Of a stretch of 57,818 nt of DNA, positions 1-9,530 are shown in pieces (the first letter of the stretch is position 1; the number at the start of each line of letters is the position of its first letter). A program made the position numbers and the translations under genes. Source of the DNA: a virus (lineage: Duplodnaviria > Caudoviricetes); the IMG/VR virus record IMGVR_UViG_3300023214_000063, positions 1 through 57,818 of that record. The stretch is one strand, 5' to 3'. Below the pieces are notes generated by a model, which was not told where the DNA came from, made no database searches, and was given only the letters and a program-made list of their open reading frames with translations.

Positions 1-149
1 GATGAACATGGGCCAGCTGTCGGCGTCGGAAGTCGAAGCAGCCTTCAATCAGGTGCTGGCCGCTGCCGTGGAAATGGGCCTGGAAGGGACCGACGCCCTG
101 GTCCAGCTCGCGGAGTCGGCCGGGCTATCGCTGGACGTCCTGGAGGAAT
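1..149. repeat. Terminal direct repeat (circular overlap), left copy
   Basis: 1-149 matches 57670-57818 except A127 vs G57796 (CTA/CTG, both Leu). Indicates a circular or circularly permuted genome of ~57,669 bp. Confidence 0.95.
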
Positions 150-1756
150 ACCCGCTGCTGGCGGACGGCGTCACGATGTCGCTGTCCGAAATGCGGGAAG
201 AAGCCGAACGCCTGCGCGGCGAAGTGGTCGACACGTCGCGGTCGGTCCTGGACGGGGTACAGGCCCTGATAGATGCCAGCCGGAAGGAAATCACGACCGT
301 GCTGGAAGACGGCACGGAGGAAGTGACGGAAGTCTTCCGCCTGACGAAGAACGAAGTGAACCTGGCGGCGTCCGGCGTGGTCGCTGCCTTCGGTGCGATG
401 CAGGCGGCCGGGGTTCCGATGCGGGACATTCTGGCAGAGCTGGGCGACGAATTCGTGGTCCTGTCGACTCGCGCCGCAGAGCTGGGAATCGAGCTGCCGG
501 AAGGCTTCAACCAGCTGGCCCGTATCGCCGAAGTGATGAACGAAGGCCCGATACAGCGGAGCCTGGAAAAGCTGGACGCGCTGACCCAGGTGACGCAGGG
601 GCTGGGGGAGCTGGGCCTGCTGACCGCAGAGCAGTTCGACACCTTCGGCGACACCGTCGATTCGAACTTCCGCAGGCTGGTCGAAGGCGGGCTGTCTTCG
701 GAAGAAGCGCTGGCGGCCCTGGGTCCGCAGCTCCAGCTGATTCACGACCTGTCGGTGGAACAGGGCCTGGAGCTGGACCGGAATACGCAGAAGCTGCTGG
801 ACCAGGCGATGGCCCAGGGGGTCGTGAAGGAAGCCGGGCTGTCCACCACCGACGCCCTGACCGCTGGCTTCGATGGCCTGTTCCAGCGGTTCGACGCCAT
901 GCTCCAGAACCTGGGCGTGGCCACCGACGGGTTCTTCAGCTTCGAGGAAGCCGGGGTGGGCTCCATCGGCCAGGTGACGATGGCCGCCGAAGCGGGCGGG
1001 GAGCAGATGCAGATGTCGTTCAGCGCCGCGACCGCTGCCATGGAGTCGGACGTCGACCAGGCCAGCAGCACCATCAAAGACCGCATCCGCCAGAAGATGG
1101 ACGAAAGCCAGCAGGCCGTCGAAGACCTGCAGACGAAGACCACCCAGGAAGCGGCCACGATGCAGGCCGAACTGACGACGCGGGTGGCGAACGCGACGGC
1201 TGCCATCAATGCGAACCTGGCGTCCATCCAGGCGAACGGGTCGGTGGCGTTCGGGTCGCTGCGAGAGTCCGCACGGGCGTCGGTCGATGGAGCCCTGGCC
1301 GAATACGAACGGATGCAGCGGGAGCTGGTCGGCGCGTCCATCATCCCGGACATGGTCGACATGTCTGGCGCGGAGCTGCTGCGCCTGCCGGAGTTCGCGG
1401 GCGAGTCCAGCGACGACATGCTGGCAGAGTTCGACCAGGCAGCGCAGGACATCGAACAGCGGAACAGGGAACTGGGCCTGGACGCCGAAGCGAACATCAG
1501 CGTGGACGGTGGCGGTCGTCGCGAGCGGGAAGAAGTCGCCATGCGCAGCTTCTTCGGCGATGATGGTGGCGGTTCCGGCTCCGGCGCTGGGATGGTGGTT
1601 CAGCAGCTGGTGGTGAACATCAACGGCGCGGACATCGGGCTGGATGCATCGGAAGAAGAACTGGACAAGTTCGCTCGCAAGATGACGGATAAAATTATGC
1701 GGAACATGATGGACAAGGCCCGGACTGAAAAGGGCATCGTGAAGAAGCCGCTGTAG
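2..1756 (+). CDS. Tail tape measure protein, C-terminal part (continues from 54797 across the junction)
   Basis: In frame with the ORF from 54797 via the terminal overlap. Ala/Glu-rich helical sequence with a GASIIPDMV-type C-terminal motif. Joined length ~1542 aa. Confidence 0.9.
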   Translation: MNMGQLSASEVEAAFNQVLAAAVEMGLEGTDALVQLAESAGLSLDVLEEYPLLADGVTMSLSEMREEAERLRGEVVDTSRSVLDGVQALIDASRKEITTVLEDGTEEVTEVFRLTKNEVNLAASGVVAAFGAMQAAGVPMRDILAELGDEFVVLSTRAAELGIELPEGFNQLARIAEVMNEGPIQRSLEKLDALTQVTQGLGELGLLTAEQFDTFGDTVDSNFRRLVEGGLSSEEALAALGPQLQLIHDLSVEQGLELDRNTQKLLDQAMAQGVVKEAGLSTTDALTAGFDGLFQRFDAMLQNLGVATDGFFSFEEAGVGSIGQVTMAAEAGGEQMQMSFSAATAAMESDVDQASSTIKDRIRQKMDESQQAVEDLQTKTTQEAATMQAELTTRVANATAAINANLASIQANGSVAFGSLRESARASVDGALAEYERMQRELVGASIIPDMVDMSGAELLRLPEFAGESSDDMLAEFDQAAQDIEQRNRELGLDAEANISVDGGGRREREEVAMRSFFGDDGGGSGSGAGMVVQQLVVNINGADIGLDASEEELDKFARKMTDKIMRNMMDKARTEKGIVKKPL

Positions 1757-1762
1757 GTAGCC

Positions 1763-4700
1763 ATGCCGCGAAAGTTCATAGCCAGCAGGTGGGGTCGCGC
1801 CGCGTTCCTGAACGGCGACGATGAATGGCTGCACATCGTGGACGCGAGCATCACCCCGTCCGACGGCCTGGACGTCGACGCGAGCGGCGCGGGTGGAGTG
1901 ACGTTCGGCCTGGTGTTTCGCCGGAACCCGCTGTCCCTGGGTACGCGCCAGGTGCTGATGGGGAAGCGCGACGACGCGACCACGTCGAACCTGGCGGGCT
2001 GGTATCTGGAGCTGACGGCGGACGACACGCTGCGGGCGTTCCTGGACGACGGAACGAACACGGTGGAAGTGGAGTCCAGCGCGGTCTTCGCAGCTGACGA
2101 CCACTGGCACCTGGCCCTGGTCACGGTCGACTTCGATGGCTCGACGATTTCGCTGTGGGGCTCGCGTGGAAAAGACATCGGTGAGCCGACGGAGCTGGCG
2201 ACGGGCTCCCTGGGCTCCGTAGGCGACTGTACGAACGCCGAAGCCTTCACCCTGGGCGCGCTCTACGACGGAGCCGCAGCGGCCACACACGCGAACGTAG
2301 CGGTCGACTGGGCGGGGTACTGGGACGAAGTCCTGCCGGACGACTACATCAAGGGTCCGGTGTCCAGGTTCCAGCTCGCTGACCCGTACGACCGGCGCGT
2401 GGTTTCGCTGTGGCACTTCACCCAGCAGGACGGCGACGACTGGAACCGGGTCAACGCGAACGACCTGACGGCGAACGGGCTGGCGTCGGCGAACTACATC
2501 TACGGCCAGGAACGATTCCTGGACCTGGACGACTTCAGCATCACCCCGCAGCTGGCGGACAAGGGTTCTTCGCTGGACATCAATACGCAGTTCTTCCGAC
2601 CGGCCGTCCTGCAGGAAGGGCACTTCCGCTACGTGGGGTCGCTTCCGGCTCCGGCGCTCCGAATCATGCGTAGCAATACGTCATCCCCCAGGTTCGTGCT
2701 GGGCCAGGTGGGCAGCGCTTCTATCGTCGGGCCGTACGCTCTGGCCGCCGACTCCGACAGCCCCGACGGAACGCTGTTCCTGTTCGCGGCGGACATAGAC
2801 GAACAGTTCGAGGGGGTCGCGGCGTGGGGTGTGCTCGACAGCGTCGGCACGTTCGGGAACGACATCAGCGAAGCGGATGGCGACATCCCTGGCGGCGTTC
2901 CGGACTACGTCTTCCTGGTAAGGGGAACTGGCGCAGGGACGGGCGAGCTGGTCGTGCTGGACGTGACGGACCCCACGAACATCAGCGTGGCTGGAACAGA
3001 AGCTGGAGCGGGCAACCCGGACACGACGACGATGGCCCTGTACGACGCGCGAGACAACGGCTACGTGTGGGTGAAGTCTCAATCGTCGGTGCTCGGGTTT
3101 GACGCCAGCACCAGGACGAACCCAGCCGCGCCGGTGTCGGTGTCCGACTCGAAGATGGACGGGACGACGCAGCGTTTTGTTCAGGTCGGCAGCTACCTTT
3201 TTGTGTGCGCGGACCTGGGTATCGCCGTGGTGGACATCAGCACGCCAGCCAGCCCGACGTTCGTCGACCGATTCGGAATCGACCAGGACGGAGACACGTT
3301 CGCGGACACCGACGCCAGCGTCATCGCGGTTCTGGACGACTCGAACTTCCTGGCCACGGTCGAAATCGAATCGGCCACCCTGGGGTGGCTTCGGATATGG
3401 GACATCGGCACGCCGACCAGTCCGGAAGTCGTCGCGTCGCTGCAGTTCACCCGGCCAGGTTCGGGTGGTGCCATGTTCCGCCTGTATCGGTACGGCCAGG
3501 CGCTCTACATGTACGAAGACGCAGACGCGGACCAGCGTGTAGCCATCTTCAACGTGGCGGACCCGTTGAATCCGAAGCACATGGCGGACTGGGATTTGTC
3601 GGACTACGTGCCGGACACTAACGGAGCCCACACCGACTACGCGCAGAACGGCCGCCATGTGCTAATCACTGGGAACTCTGCCGGTCCGGACGGTGGCTTC
3701 TACCTGGGGAAGATAGATGACGACGAAGGCTTCAGCGCGCTGCAGGTCGACTACGACGTCACGGGTGGGGTCGTCCAGAACCCGAAGCCTACGTACGAAA
3801 TCTACGAACTGTTCCACGACCTGTCAGACCTGGACTTCGAAACGGACGCGGACGGAACCGACCCGCCGAACGGGTGGACGCAGAACGGCTCCGGTACTAC
3901 GGAAGTCGACGATGCCGAAGGGCTATCCGGCGCGTCGCCGGGAGCGGGCGTCCCGCAGTCGGTGAAGATGAACACCAGTACCACCGTGCAGCTGCAGCGC
4001 GACGCGACCCCGTCACTGACCGCGGGCGAGCCGGTCATGCTCGAAGCCTGGGTGCTGGTGCGCGGCACGGCCACACTGAGCGCCAGCGACTTCAACATCC
4101 AGATAGTGGAGCGCGACGGTAGCGGCGACGTGTCGACGACTACGCAGGAGCTGTCGGCCGACCAGGTGGTGAAGGATCGGTGGCACCGACTGGAAGTGGT
4201 GGTGTGGGTGTCGACTGAAGACGTCACCACGATTCGGGTACAAATCAACTGGGAAGGCGATAGCGCCCTGGACGCCTACGTCGACGCGGTCCGGGTGGGT
4301 CGTGGACGGGTGCCGCTCCTGTTCGCTGGCCGTGTCATCGCGCCCACCGGAAACGGGGCGCAGCCGGGCTGCTATCACGCGCACAATTACCGCGTGCAGA
4401 TGGTCGACTGGGGCTGGGACTTCAACCGGCTGGACCTGGACGAACAGGAGATATCCGGAGCCGAAGCGGAGACGACCCTACCGACCGTCATCAGCGCGAA
4501 CACGCGGTCCCTGGATGGCTTCACGACGGTGAACGTGGAAGCCGAACTGGGTGCCCACGAAGAAATCGACGTGAAGAACGGCGACCGACTGGGCACCATC
4601 GTGAACCGGATAGTGGAACAGGCCGACGGGTACTGGTATCTGGACTTCTTCCGGGATGTGCACGCGCTCCCGCACGGGTACGAAGTGGCGGCCGTGGCCA

Positions 4701-5248
4701 TCAATGATGTGGAAGGCGTCCAGTCGTGGGTGCCGCGCTCGCTGCGGGACGCGGAAGACGGCGCGGACCTGGTGACGGAAGGGACCGTCGACGGCGACCA
4801 GTCGAAGTCGAACCGGCCCAGCGCGTCGTTCACCGACGACGCTGCGGAGTCCAGGTACGGGAAGCGTAAGAAGCGGTTTGATCCGGACGGCGACGTGAAG
4901 ACGGCGAGTCAGGCGACGTCCCAGGCCGACTACTACAAGTCGCTGCTGGCGGACCGGCAGCGGACGCTCCGGGTCGTGTTCTACGACGAAGTCCGAATCC
5001 GTCCGGGCATGCTGGTTCCGGTTCAAATCGACAACCGTGGATGGGACGCCGTCGGCCTGGTGGGCCGGGTCCAGTACCAGCCGGACACGGACGGGGCGCG
5101 GCTGCTGACGGCCGTGGAAATCGGGCTGCTGCAGGAAGACTTCCTGGACGTGATGCTGCGAGCGCGGGAAGATGCAGCGAACCAGCGCGGGAAGCGTCAG
5201 GTGCCCGAAGACGTGCGAGACATCGACTTCTGGACGGCGGGGGAATAG
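1763..5248 (+). CDS. Tail tip/hub protein with LamG-like, LVIVD-repeat and CBM-like modules
   Basis: Directly follows the TMP. N-terminal LamG-like segment (WYLELTADDTLRAFL...DDHWHLALVTVD), LVIVD-type repeats (LVVLDVTDPTN, IAVVDISTPASP, LRIWDIGTPTSP, VAIFNVADPLNP), CBM4/9-like segment (DFETD...PPNGWT), hub-like C-terminus (ESRYG...IRPGMLV). Confidence 0.7.
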   Translation: MPRKFIASRWGRAAFLNGDDEWLHIVDASITPSDGLDVDASGAGGVTFGLVFRRNPLSLGTRQVLMGKRDDATTSNLAGWYLELTADDTLRAFLDDGTNTVEVESSAVFAADDHWHLALVTVDFDGSTISLWGSRGKDIGEPTELATGSLGSVGDCTNAEAFTLGALYDGAAAATHANVAVDWAGYWDEVLPDDYIKGPVSRFQLADPYDRRVVSLWHFTQQDGDDWNRVNANDLTANGLASANYIYGQERFLDLDDFSITPQLADKGSSLDINTQFFRPAVLQEGHFRYVGSLPAPALRIMRSNTSSPRFVLGQVGSASIVGPYALAADSDSPDGTLFLFAADIDEQFEGVAAWGVLDSVGTFGNDISEADGDIPGGVPDYVFLVRGTGAGTGELVVLDVTDPTNISVAGTEAGAGNPDTTTMALYDARDNGYVWVKSQSSVLGFDASTRTNPAAPVSVSDSKMDGTTQRFVQVGSYLFVCADLGIAVVDISTPASPTFVDRFGIDQDGDTFADTDASVIAVLDDSNFLATVEIESATLGWLRIWDIGTPTSPEVVASLQFTRPGSGGAMFRLYRYGQALYMYEDADADQRVAIFNVADPLNPKHMADWDLSDYVPDTNGAHTDYAQNGRHVLITGNSAGPDGGFYLGKIDDDEGFSALQVDYDVTGGVVQNPKPTYEIYELFHDLSDLDFETDADGTDPPNGWTQNGSGTTEVDDAEGLSGASPGAGVPQSVKMNTSTTVQLQRDATPSLTAGEPVMLEAWVLVRGTATLSASDFNIQIVERDGSGDVSTTTQELSADQVVKDRWHRLEVVVWVSTEDVTTIRVQINWEGDSALDAYVDAVRVGRGRVPLLFAGRVIAPTGNGAQPGCYHAHNYRVQMVDWGWDFNRLDLDEQEISGAEAETTLPTVISANTRSLDGFTTVNVEAELGAHEEIDVKNGDRLGTIVNRIVEQADGYWYLDFFRDVHALPHGYEVAAVAINDVEGVQSWVPRSLRDAEDGADLVTEGTVDGDQSKSNRPSASFTDDAAESRYGKRKKRFDPDGDVKTASQATSQADYYKSLLADRQRTLRVVFYDEVRIRPGMLVPVQIDNRGWDAVGLVGRVQYQPDTDGARLLTAVEIGLLQEDFLDVMLRAREDAANQRGKRQVPEDVRDIDFWTAGE

Positions 5249-5251
5249 GCC

Positions 5252-5590
5252 ATGGCAGTCAGCGTCGGCGACCCGGTAAGGGTGAAGCTATCGGACAGCG
5301 AAACCACCATCATCGACACGCTGGGAACCGGCCTGGTGAAGCGAGTGTCGGTGTCTATCCGGAACGTCGGCACGGAGGAAGTGACGTTCGAGCTGCACGC
5401 CTACGAGCCCGGCAGCGAGTCGGCGGACACGTCGGCAGGAACGACGGCCAGGTGGTTCGGTCGGAAGCTGGGTCCGAACACGGAAGAAGTCATCGAAGAT
5501 TCGTTCTACCTGAAGGAAGGCTGGCGGCTGTCCGGGCTCGCGTCCGTGGCTGACAAGGTCGTGGTCTTCGTCGACGTTCTGGACGACTGA
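5252..5590 (+). CDS. Small putative virion/tail protein
   Basis: 112 aa beta-rich ORF tightly packed in the tail module. Confidence 0.55.
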   Translation: MAVSVGDPVRVKLSDSETTIIDTLGTGLVKRVSVSIRNVGTEEVTFELHAYEPGSESADTSAGTTARWFGRKLGPNTEEVIEDSFYLKEGWRLSGLASVADKVVVFVDVLDD

Positions 5591-5591
5591 C

Positions 5592-6188
5592 ATGGGGCTG
5601 CGCCAGGTAGTCAGGCCCAGGTTCATCGGGCTGCCGTCGTTACCGGCGACCGCAGCGGAGGAAGAAATCATGCAGTTCATCAGCGTGGAAGACATGGTGG
5701 AGCACGGGTCCGGGATGTCCCGCGCGAACGCCTTTGCCGTGAACAACATGGACGCGGCCACGTTCGACTGGGGTTCCATCGCCGACGACTTCTTCCACAT
5801 GGTGCCGATTCCCCCGGCGTGGCAGGGTGAGACTATCGAAGTGGCCATCCTGCTTCATCACCGGAAGGCTGGGCTGGCCGGAACCGGGAGCCCGCCCGAC
5901 GACCAGGTCCGGATGGAGCTGGGGTACGACCTGGGGGCAGACGATGCCATCGTGAACCTGGGTCCGAGCAATGACGGGACCGCGCCAAACGAACTGAACG
6001 TGGAACAGCAGCTGGGAACGACCGTCGACGCGCCGACGCTGGTGTCTCTGACCGGGGGTGCGGGCATCGCAGTGGGTGCGTCCGACACCTATCTGTGGCT
6101 GCGCTGCACGCGGAACGCTGGCCACGCTAACGACGGCTTGTCGGCGACGCTCTACAGCACCGGGGCGCTTATCTACAAGTCGGCGTAA
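5592..6188 (+). CDS. Putative tail-associated protein
   Basis: 198 aa, coupled to neighbours, typical codon usage. Confidence 0.55.
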   Translation: MGLRQVVRPRFIGLPSLPATAAEEEIMQFISVEDMVEHGSGMSRANAFAVNNMDAATFDWGSIADDFFHMVPIPPAWQGETIEVAILLHHRKAGLAGTGSPPDDQVRMELGYDLGADDAIVNLGPSNDGTAPNELNVEQQLGTTVDAPTLVSLTGGAGIAVGASDTYLWLRCTRNAGHANDGLSATLYSTGALIYKSA

Positions 6189-6190
6189 CC

Positions 6191-6529
6191 ATGAGAGTCG
6201 CCAGCGTCGTTCTACCTGGGGCCATCGGCGGGAAGGGCTGGCTGGAAGCAGTCGGCAACGTCGACGACACCATGTCGGCGTACGATATCGCCGACGACGA
6301 TGCCATCCTGTTCGTGGACGGCACGAACGGCGCTGTGACGCTGAACCTTCCGCTGGTGGCCGACTCGCAGCAGCGGGTGCTAGCCTTCGTGGTGGTCAGC
6401 GCGGCGAACACTCTGACGCTGCAGGCGCAGTCTGGTGAGAATGTCGACGGCTCGAACTCGAAGACGTTTACAGCTGCCCTGGTCATCGCTTGCGACGGGA
6501 CAGAGTGGCGCACGGTGGCCGCAGGGTAG
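6191..6529 (+). CDS. Putative tail-fibre-associated small beta domain protein
   Basis: DDAILFVDGTNGAVTLNLP...NTLTLQAQSGENVDG pattern is common in tail fibre modules. Confidence 0.55.
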   Translation: MRVASVVLPGAIGGKGWLEAVGNVDDTMSAYDIADDDAILFVDGTNGAVTLNLPLVADSQQRVLAFVVVSAANTLTLQAQSGENVDGSNSKTFTAALVIACDGTEWRTVAAG

Positions 6530-6603
6530 GGGAAGAACCATGAACCCGTTACACTGGACCAGCACCGGGAGCCAGAACCGGAAACTGAGTGGGGGAACGG
6601 GAC

Positions 6604-6843
6604 ATGTCCTGGCTGTTCGAAGGGGTCGGCTCGCTGCTGGAGTTCCGCGAGCTGGGACTAGCAGCGGTCGTCGTCGTGCTGTGGTTTCTGGACACCTGGT
6701 TCCAGCGCCGCGCCTACGCGAAGCTGTCGACGTCGGTCCTGGAAGTGGTCCAGGCGAACGCTGCTGCGATGGCCGCCCTGACGTCAGCCGTGAACCACAA
6801 TCATCCGGCGCGGGGGCCTAACGATGCTGCGCCTGATTCGTGA
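6604..6843 (+). CDS. Holin-like single-TM protein
   Basis: One hydrophobic helix (LGLAAVVVVLWFL) followed by a coiled segment, two genes upstream of the endolysin. Confidence 0.55.
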   Translation: MSWLFEGVGSLLEFRELGLAAVVVVLWFLDTWFQRRAYAKLSTSVLEVVQANAAAMAALTSAVNHNHPARGPNDAAPDS

Positions 6844-7054
6844 ACTAGTGCCGGGCCTGGACACGCGCTCGAACCAGCGGAAGCTGGACGACCTGGTGTG
6901 CGAAATCAAGCGTGACTCCAGGGCGGTCGTCGTCAACTGCCATAACTACATCCACGGGTCAGACCACAGCACGGTGGAAGACATCGAAGAAGCCGCGCCG
7001 AAGAAGAACGGCGACCGGAAGCTGACGGAGCATGCGGCAGGGGTTTCGCCGTGA
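6824..7054 (+). CDS. Hypothetical protein (lysis cassette)
   Basis: 76 aa, overlaps both neighbours. Confidence 0.5.
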   Translation: MLRLIRELVPGLDTRSNQRKLDDLVCEIKRDSRAVVVNCHNYIHGSDHSTVEDIEEAAPKKNGDRKLTEHAAGVSP

Positions 7055-7620
7055 AGAACGTGCAACCGCTGATGGACCTGCTACCGGTCATCACAGCGGC
7101 CGCAGAGCGCCACGGGCTCCGATCTACACTGGTGGCCGCGCTGGTCTATCAGGAGTCCGCAGCGTCCGCTGTGGGCGTCAGGGTGTACGCCTACAACCCG
7201 GAGCCCCGGTACGAATACCTGTGGGACGTGCGCGAAGGCCGTCCGTTCCGTCGCCTGACCGACGCGGAGTCCCTGTCGGAGTCGCCACCGTCCGATTTTC
7301 CGTCGATGCCTGGAGCGGACCGGGATGCGGAGTGGTGGGGGCAGCAGGCGTCCTGGGGCCTGGGCCAGCTGATGGGCGCTGTCGCCAGGGAACACGGGTT
7401 CGACGGTGTGGACATCCCGGAGCTGTGCGACCCGGAGCTGAACCTGCGCCTGGCGTGCCAGCATCTGGCCTGGAATCGAACGCGGACGGAAGATGAAACG
7501 TGCATGCTGGCGGCGTACAACGGCGGCCTATGGAAGAACCGGGAGCAGCCGTGTCGGAACGCGAGTTACGCGGCGTCTGTCCTGGAGCATGAACGAAGGT
7601 GGTTCGATGGGGAAGCGTGA
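7051..7620 (+). CDS. Endolysin, soluble lytic transglycosylase (SLT) domain
   Basis: SLT motifs: ALVYQES (catalytic Glu), SWGLGQLM, DPELNL, LAAYNGG, ASYAASVL. Confidence 0.88.
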   Translation: MKNVQPLMDLLPVITAAAERHGLRSTLVAALVYQESAASAVGVRVYAYNPEPRYEYLWDVREGRPFRRLTDAESLSESPPSDFPSMPGADRDAEWWGQQASWGLGQLMGAVAREHGFDGVDIPELCDPELNLRLACQHLAWNRTRTEDETCMLAAYNGGLWKNREQPCRNASYAASVLEHERRWFDGEA

Positions 7621-8623
7621 CCAGCGGCGCAAGCGGCAGCGGCAGAGACGGCAACGGCGACGGCAGAGACTGCGGTCGAACTGGTGGCGGACGGGAGCCC
7701 TGGACGAACGACGCTGGGCGCTTATCACCTTCGGCGGCGACCCCCGTGTCCGTGCCCTGGTCCGCGACTACATGCCGCTACTGACGGCCCTGCGAGTCCA
7801 GGTAGCGCCGTCGTTCTACGGGCAGGCCACGGCGTTCAGCGTGGACCGATATGTCGACTGGGCAGTCCGGTGTGTCGACGACGCCATCCATGACGGCTTC
7901 GACGTGCTTCCGTCGCTGAACGACAACGCGGCCGACATGCACCGGCCGGACTATCCAGAGCTGGCCGTGCGCTTCTGTGAAGGGATGGCCCAGCGCCAGG
8001 TGGAGCGGGACGAATTCGCACGCGGTCGGGTGGTAGGTCTGTGCCTGGATGCGGAGTGGGAAAACGACAAGTACGCGAGCGGGCCGGAAGGTTACGTGCG
8101 GTCCGCAGCAGCCGTCACGCGCGCCGTACGGGACAGCGAGCACCCGCTACCCATCGTCGGGCCGGGCGGAACCCATAGCGACGACAAGTCCCTGGGCGAC
8201 GTCCTGCGGGGCCTGGCCGCTGCGGACGCGAGCCCGGACCACGCCAGCTTCCACGCCTACAGCGACAAGGGCAGCGGCGACTGGTACGACGACCGGCTGC
8301 GGGAACTGCGCGACACCTTCCGGAGTCATGGCCACGACGTGGCGTCCATCACGGAATGCGGCGTCACCGGCGAAGAAGACTGGGGCGACTCCGACGACGA
8401 CGGAACGCCGCTGGAGCGGCAGGCCCGACGCATGGCCTGGATGAAGCAGCGCCTGGAGTCGGAAGACTGGCTGGGCTGGAAGGTGCTGTACCAGGTGACG
8501 GAGGGCCAGGCACCGGCAGGCGAGGAACACGGCTTCGGGTTCGGGCTATTCAAGCCGGGGTCCGGAACGAACAGCCCGGAGCACTGGACCCCATCACTGG
8601 CGACTCGATACTGGCGCGAGTAG
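7607..8623 (+). CDS. Glycoside hydrolase-like (clan GH-A TIM barrel) protein with Arg-rich N-terminus
   Basis: PIVGPGG, DHASFHAY, ITECGV (nucleophile-like) and FGFGLF motifs. ATG 7607 overlaps the endolysin end. Confidence 0.6.
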   Translation: MGKRDQRRKRQRQRRQRRRQRLRSNWWRTGALDERRWALITFGGDPRVRALVRDYMPLLTALRVQVAPSFYGQATAFSVDRYVDWAVRCVDDAIHDGFDVLPSLNDNAADMHRPDYPELAVRFCEGMAQRQVERDEFARGRVVGLCLDAEWENDKYASGPEGYVRSAAAVTRAVRDSEHPLPIVGPGGTHSDDKSLGDVLRGLAAADASPDHASFHAYSDKGSGDWYDDRLRELRDTFRSHGHDVASITECGVTGEEDWGDSDDDGTPLERQARRMAWMKQRLESEDWLGWKVLYQVTEGQAPAGEEHGFGFGLFKPGSGTNSPEHWTPSLATRYWRE

Positions 8624-8669
8624 GATAGGCGCGTACCCCACACATCACCCTTCAAAGGGAGCTGGCAAC

Positions 8670-8957
8670 ATGCCACGGATCGAAACCCACCCCCTGGACG
8701 AATCGAAGGTGCCTTTCAGCGAAGCGGAGCTGCAGGCGGCCCGCGACCTGGACACCATCATCCAGCACGCCAGCGACGGCATCGGGCCGGACGACATCGC
8801 GGCGCTGGACGACATCAACCGGCTGGTGACGTACCTGGTCGGCGACGGCGCGAACGGCCTGGTGGTCGGCGACCGTCTCATCAACGCGGGCATGGCCCTG
8901 AAGCGGGGCACCGTCGTCATCGTCGACGACCCCGCTCCGGAGTCGGACCCCACCTGA
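8670..8957 (+). CDS. Hypothetical protein
   Basis: 95 aa with upstream AGGGAG RBS. Confidence 0.6.
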   Translation: MPRIETHPLDESKVPFSEAELQAARDLDTIIQHASDGIGPDDIAALDDINRLVTYLVGDGANGLVVGDRLINAGMALKRGTVVIVDDPAPESDPT

Positions 8958-8964
8958 CGTCGCC

Positions 8965-9234
8965 ATGGACCTGATGGAAGCGCTGGTGGAGTCGGCCGGA
9001 CTGGTCGACGCCATCGCCGACATTCTGAAGTCGGACCCGGCCGCAGCTCGGAGACGGGCTGCGGCCGAAGTCCAGGAGGAAGTCGCCCGTGTCCGGAAGG
9101 AAGCTGCAGCGGCTGTCCAGGCTGTTGCTACTGCAGACCTGTCTGACTTGCACGCTCGCCTTCGTCGGTATCGCCAGCGGTATCGCGAGCAGCTGGACGC
9201 CGACCCAGGAGCCGGTGGAGCTGACGACGGGTGA
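8965..9234 (+). CDS. Hypothetical coiled-coil protein (possible i-spanin-like)
   Basis: 89 aa Ala-rich helix overlapped by the next ORF in another frame. Confidence 0.45.
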   Translation: MDLMEALVESAGLVDAIADILKSDPAAARRRAAAEVQEEVARVRKEAAAAVQAVATADLSDLHARLRRYRQRYREQLDADPGAGGADDG

Positions 9235-9505
9235 GCCTGCGCCGTTCCCTGGGGTGCTGCTGGCCGTCGAAGACTACCGGGCGCTGCACGCCATGGCCGC
9301 AGGGGGTGGCGGCCAGGACGAAACGGGCGAGCCTGTAAACCCGTTCGAACGTGGCTGGGAACGCTGCATCAGCATGCTGGACGACACGAAGCAGAAGCTG
9401 GCTGTGGCGGAAGCGAACAGGCGGAACAAGATGGTGGATACCCTGAAGGATGCGGCCATCCTGGGGCTATCGACCTGGGCGGCGAGTCGGAAGTGCGAGC
9501 AGTAG
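9089..9505 (+). CDS. Secreted/membrane protein (possible spanin-like), start uncertain
   Basis: Signal-like N-terminus, GEPAPFPGVLL motif, coiled coil and C-terminal hydrophobic stretch. Confidence 0.45.
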   Translation: MSGRKLQRLSRLLLLQTCLTCTLAFVGIASGIASSWTPTQEPVELTTGEPAPFPGVLLAVEDYRALHAMAAGGGGQDETGEPVNPFERGWERCISMLDDTKQKLAVAEANRRNKMVDTLKDAAILGLSTWAASRKCEQ

Positions 9506-9530
9506 GCAGGGAGCATCGGCGGGTGGGACG

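Noticed and set aside
1763-6529. Diversity-generating retroelement acting on tail genes
   Set aside because: No reverse transcriptase and no template/variable repeat pair seen.
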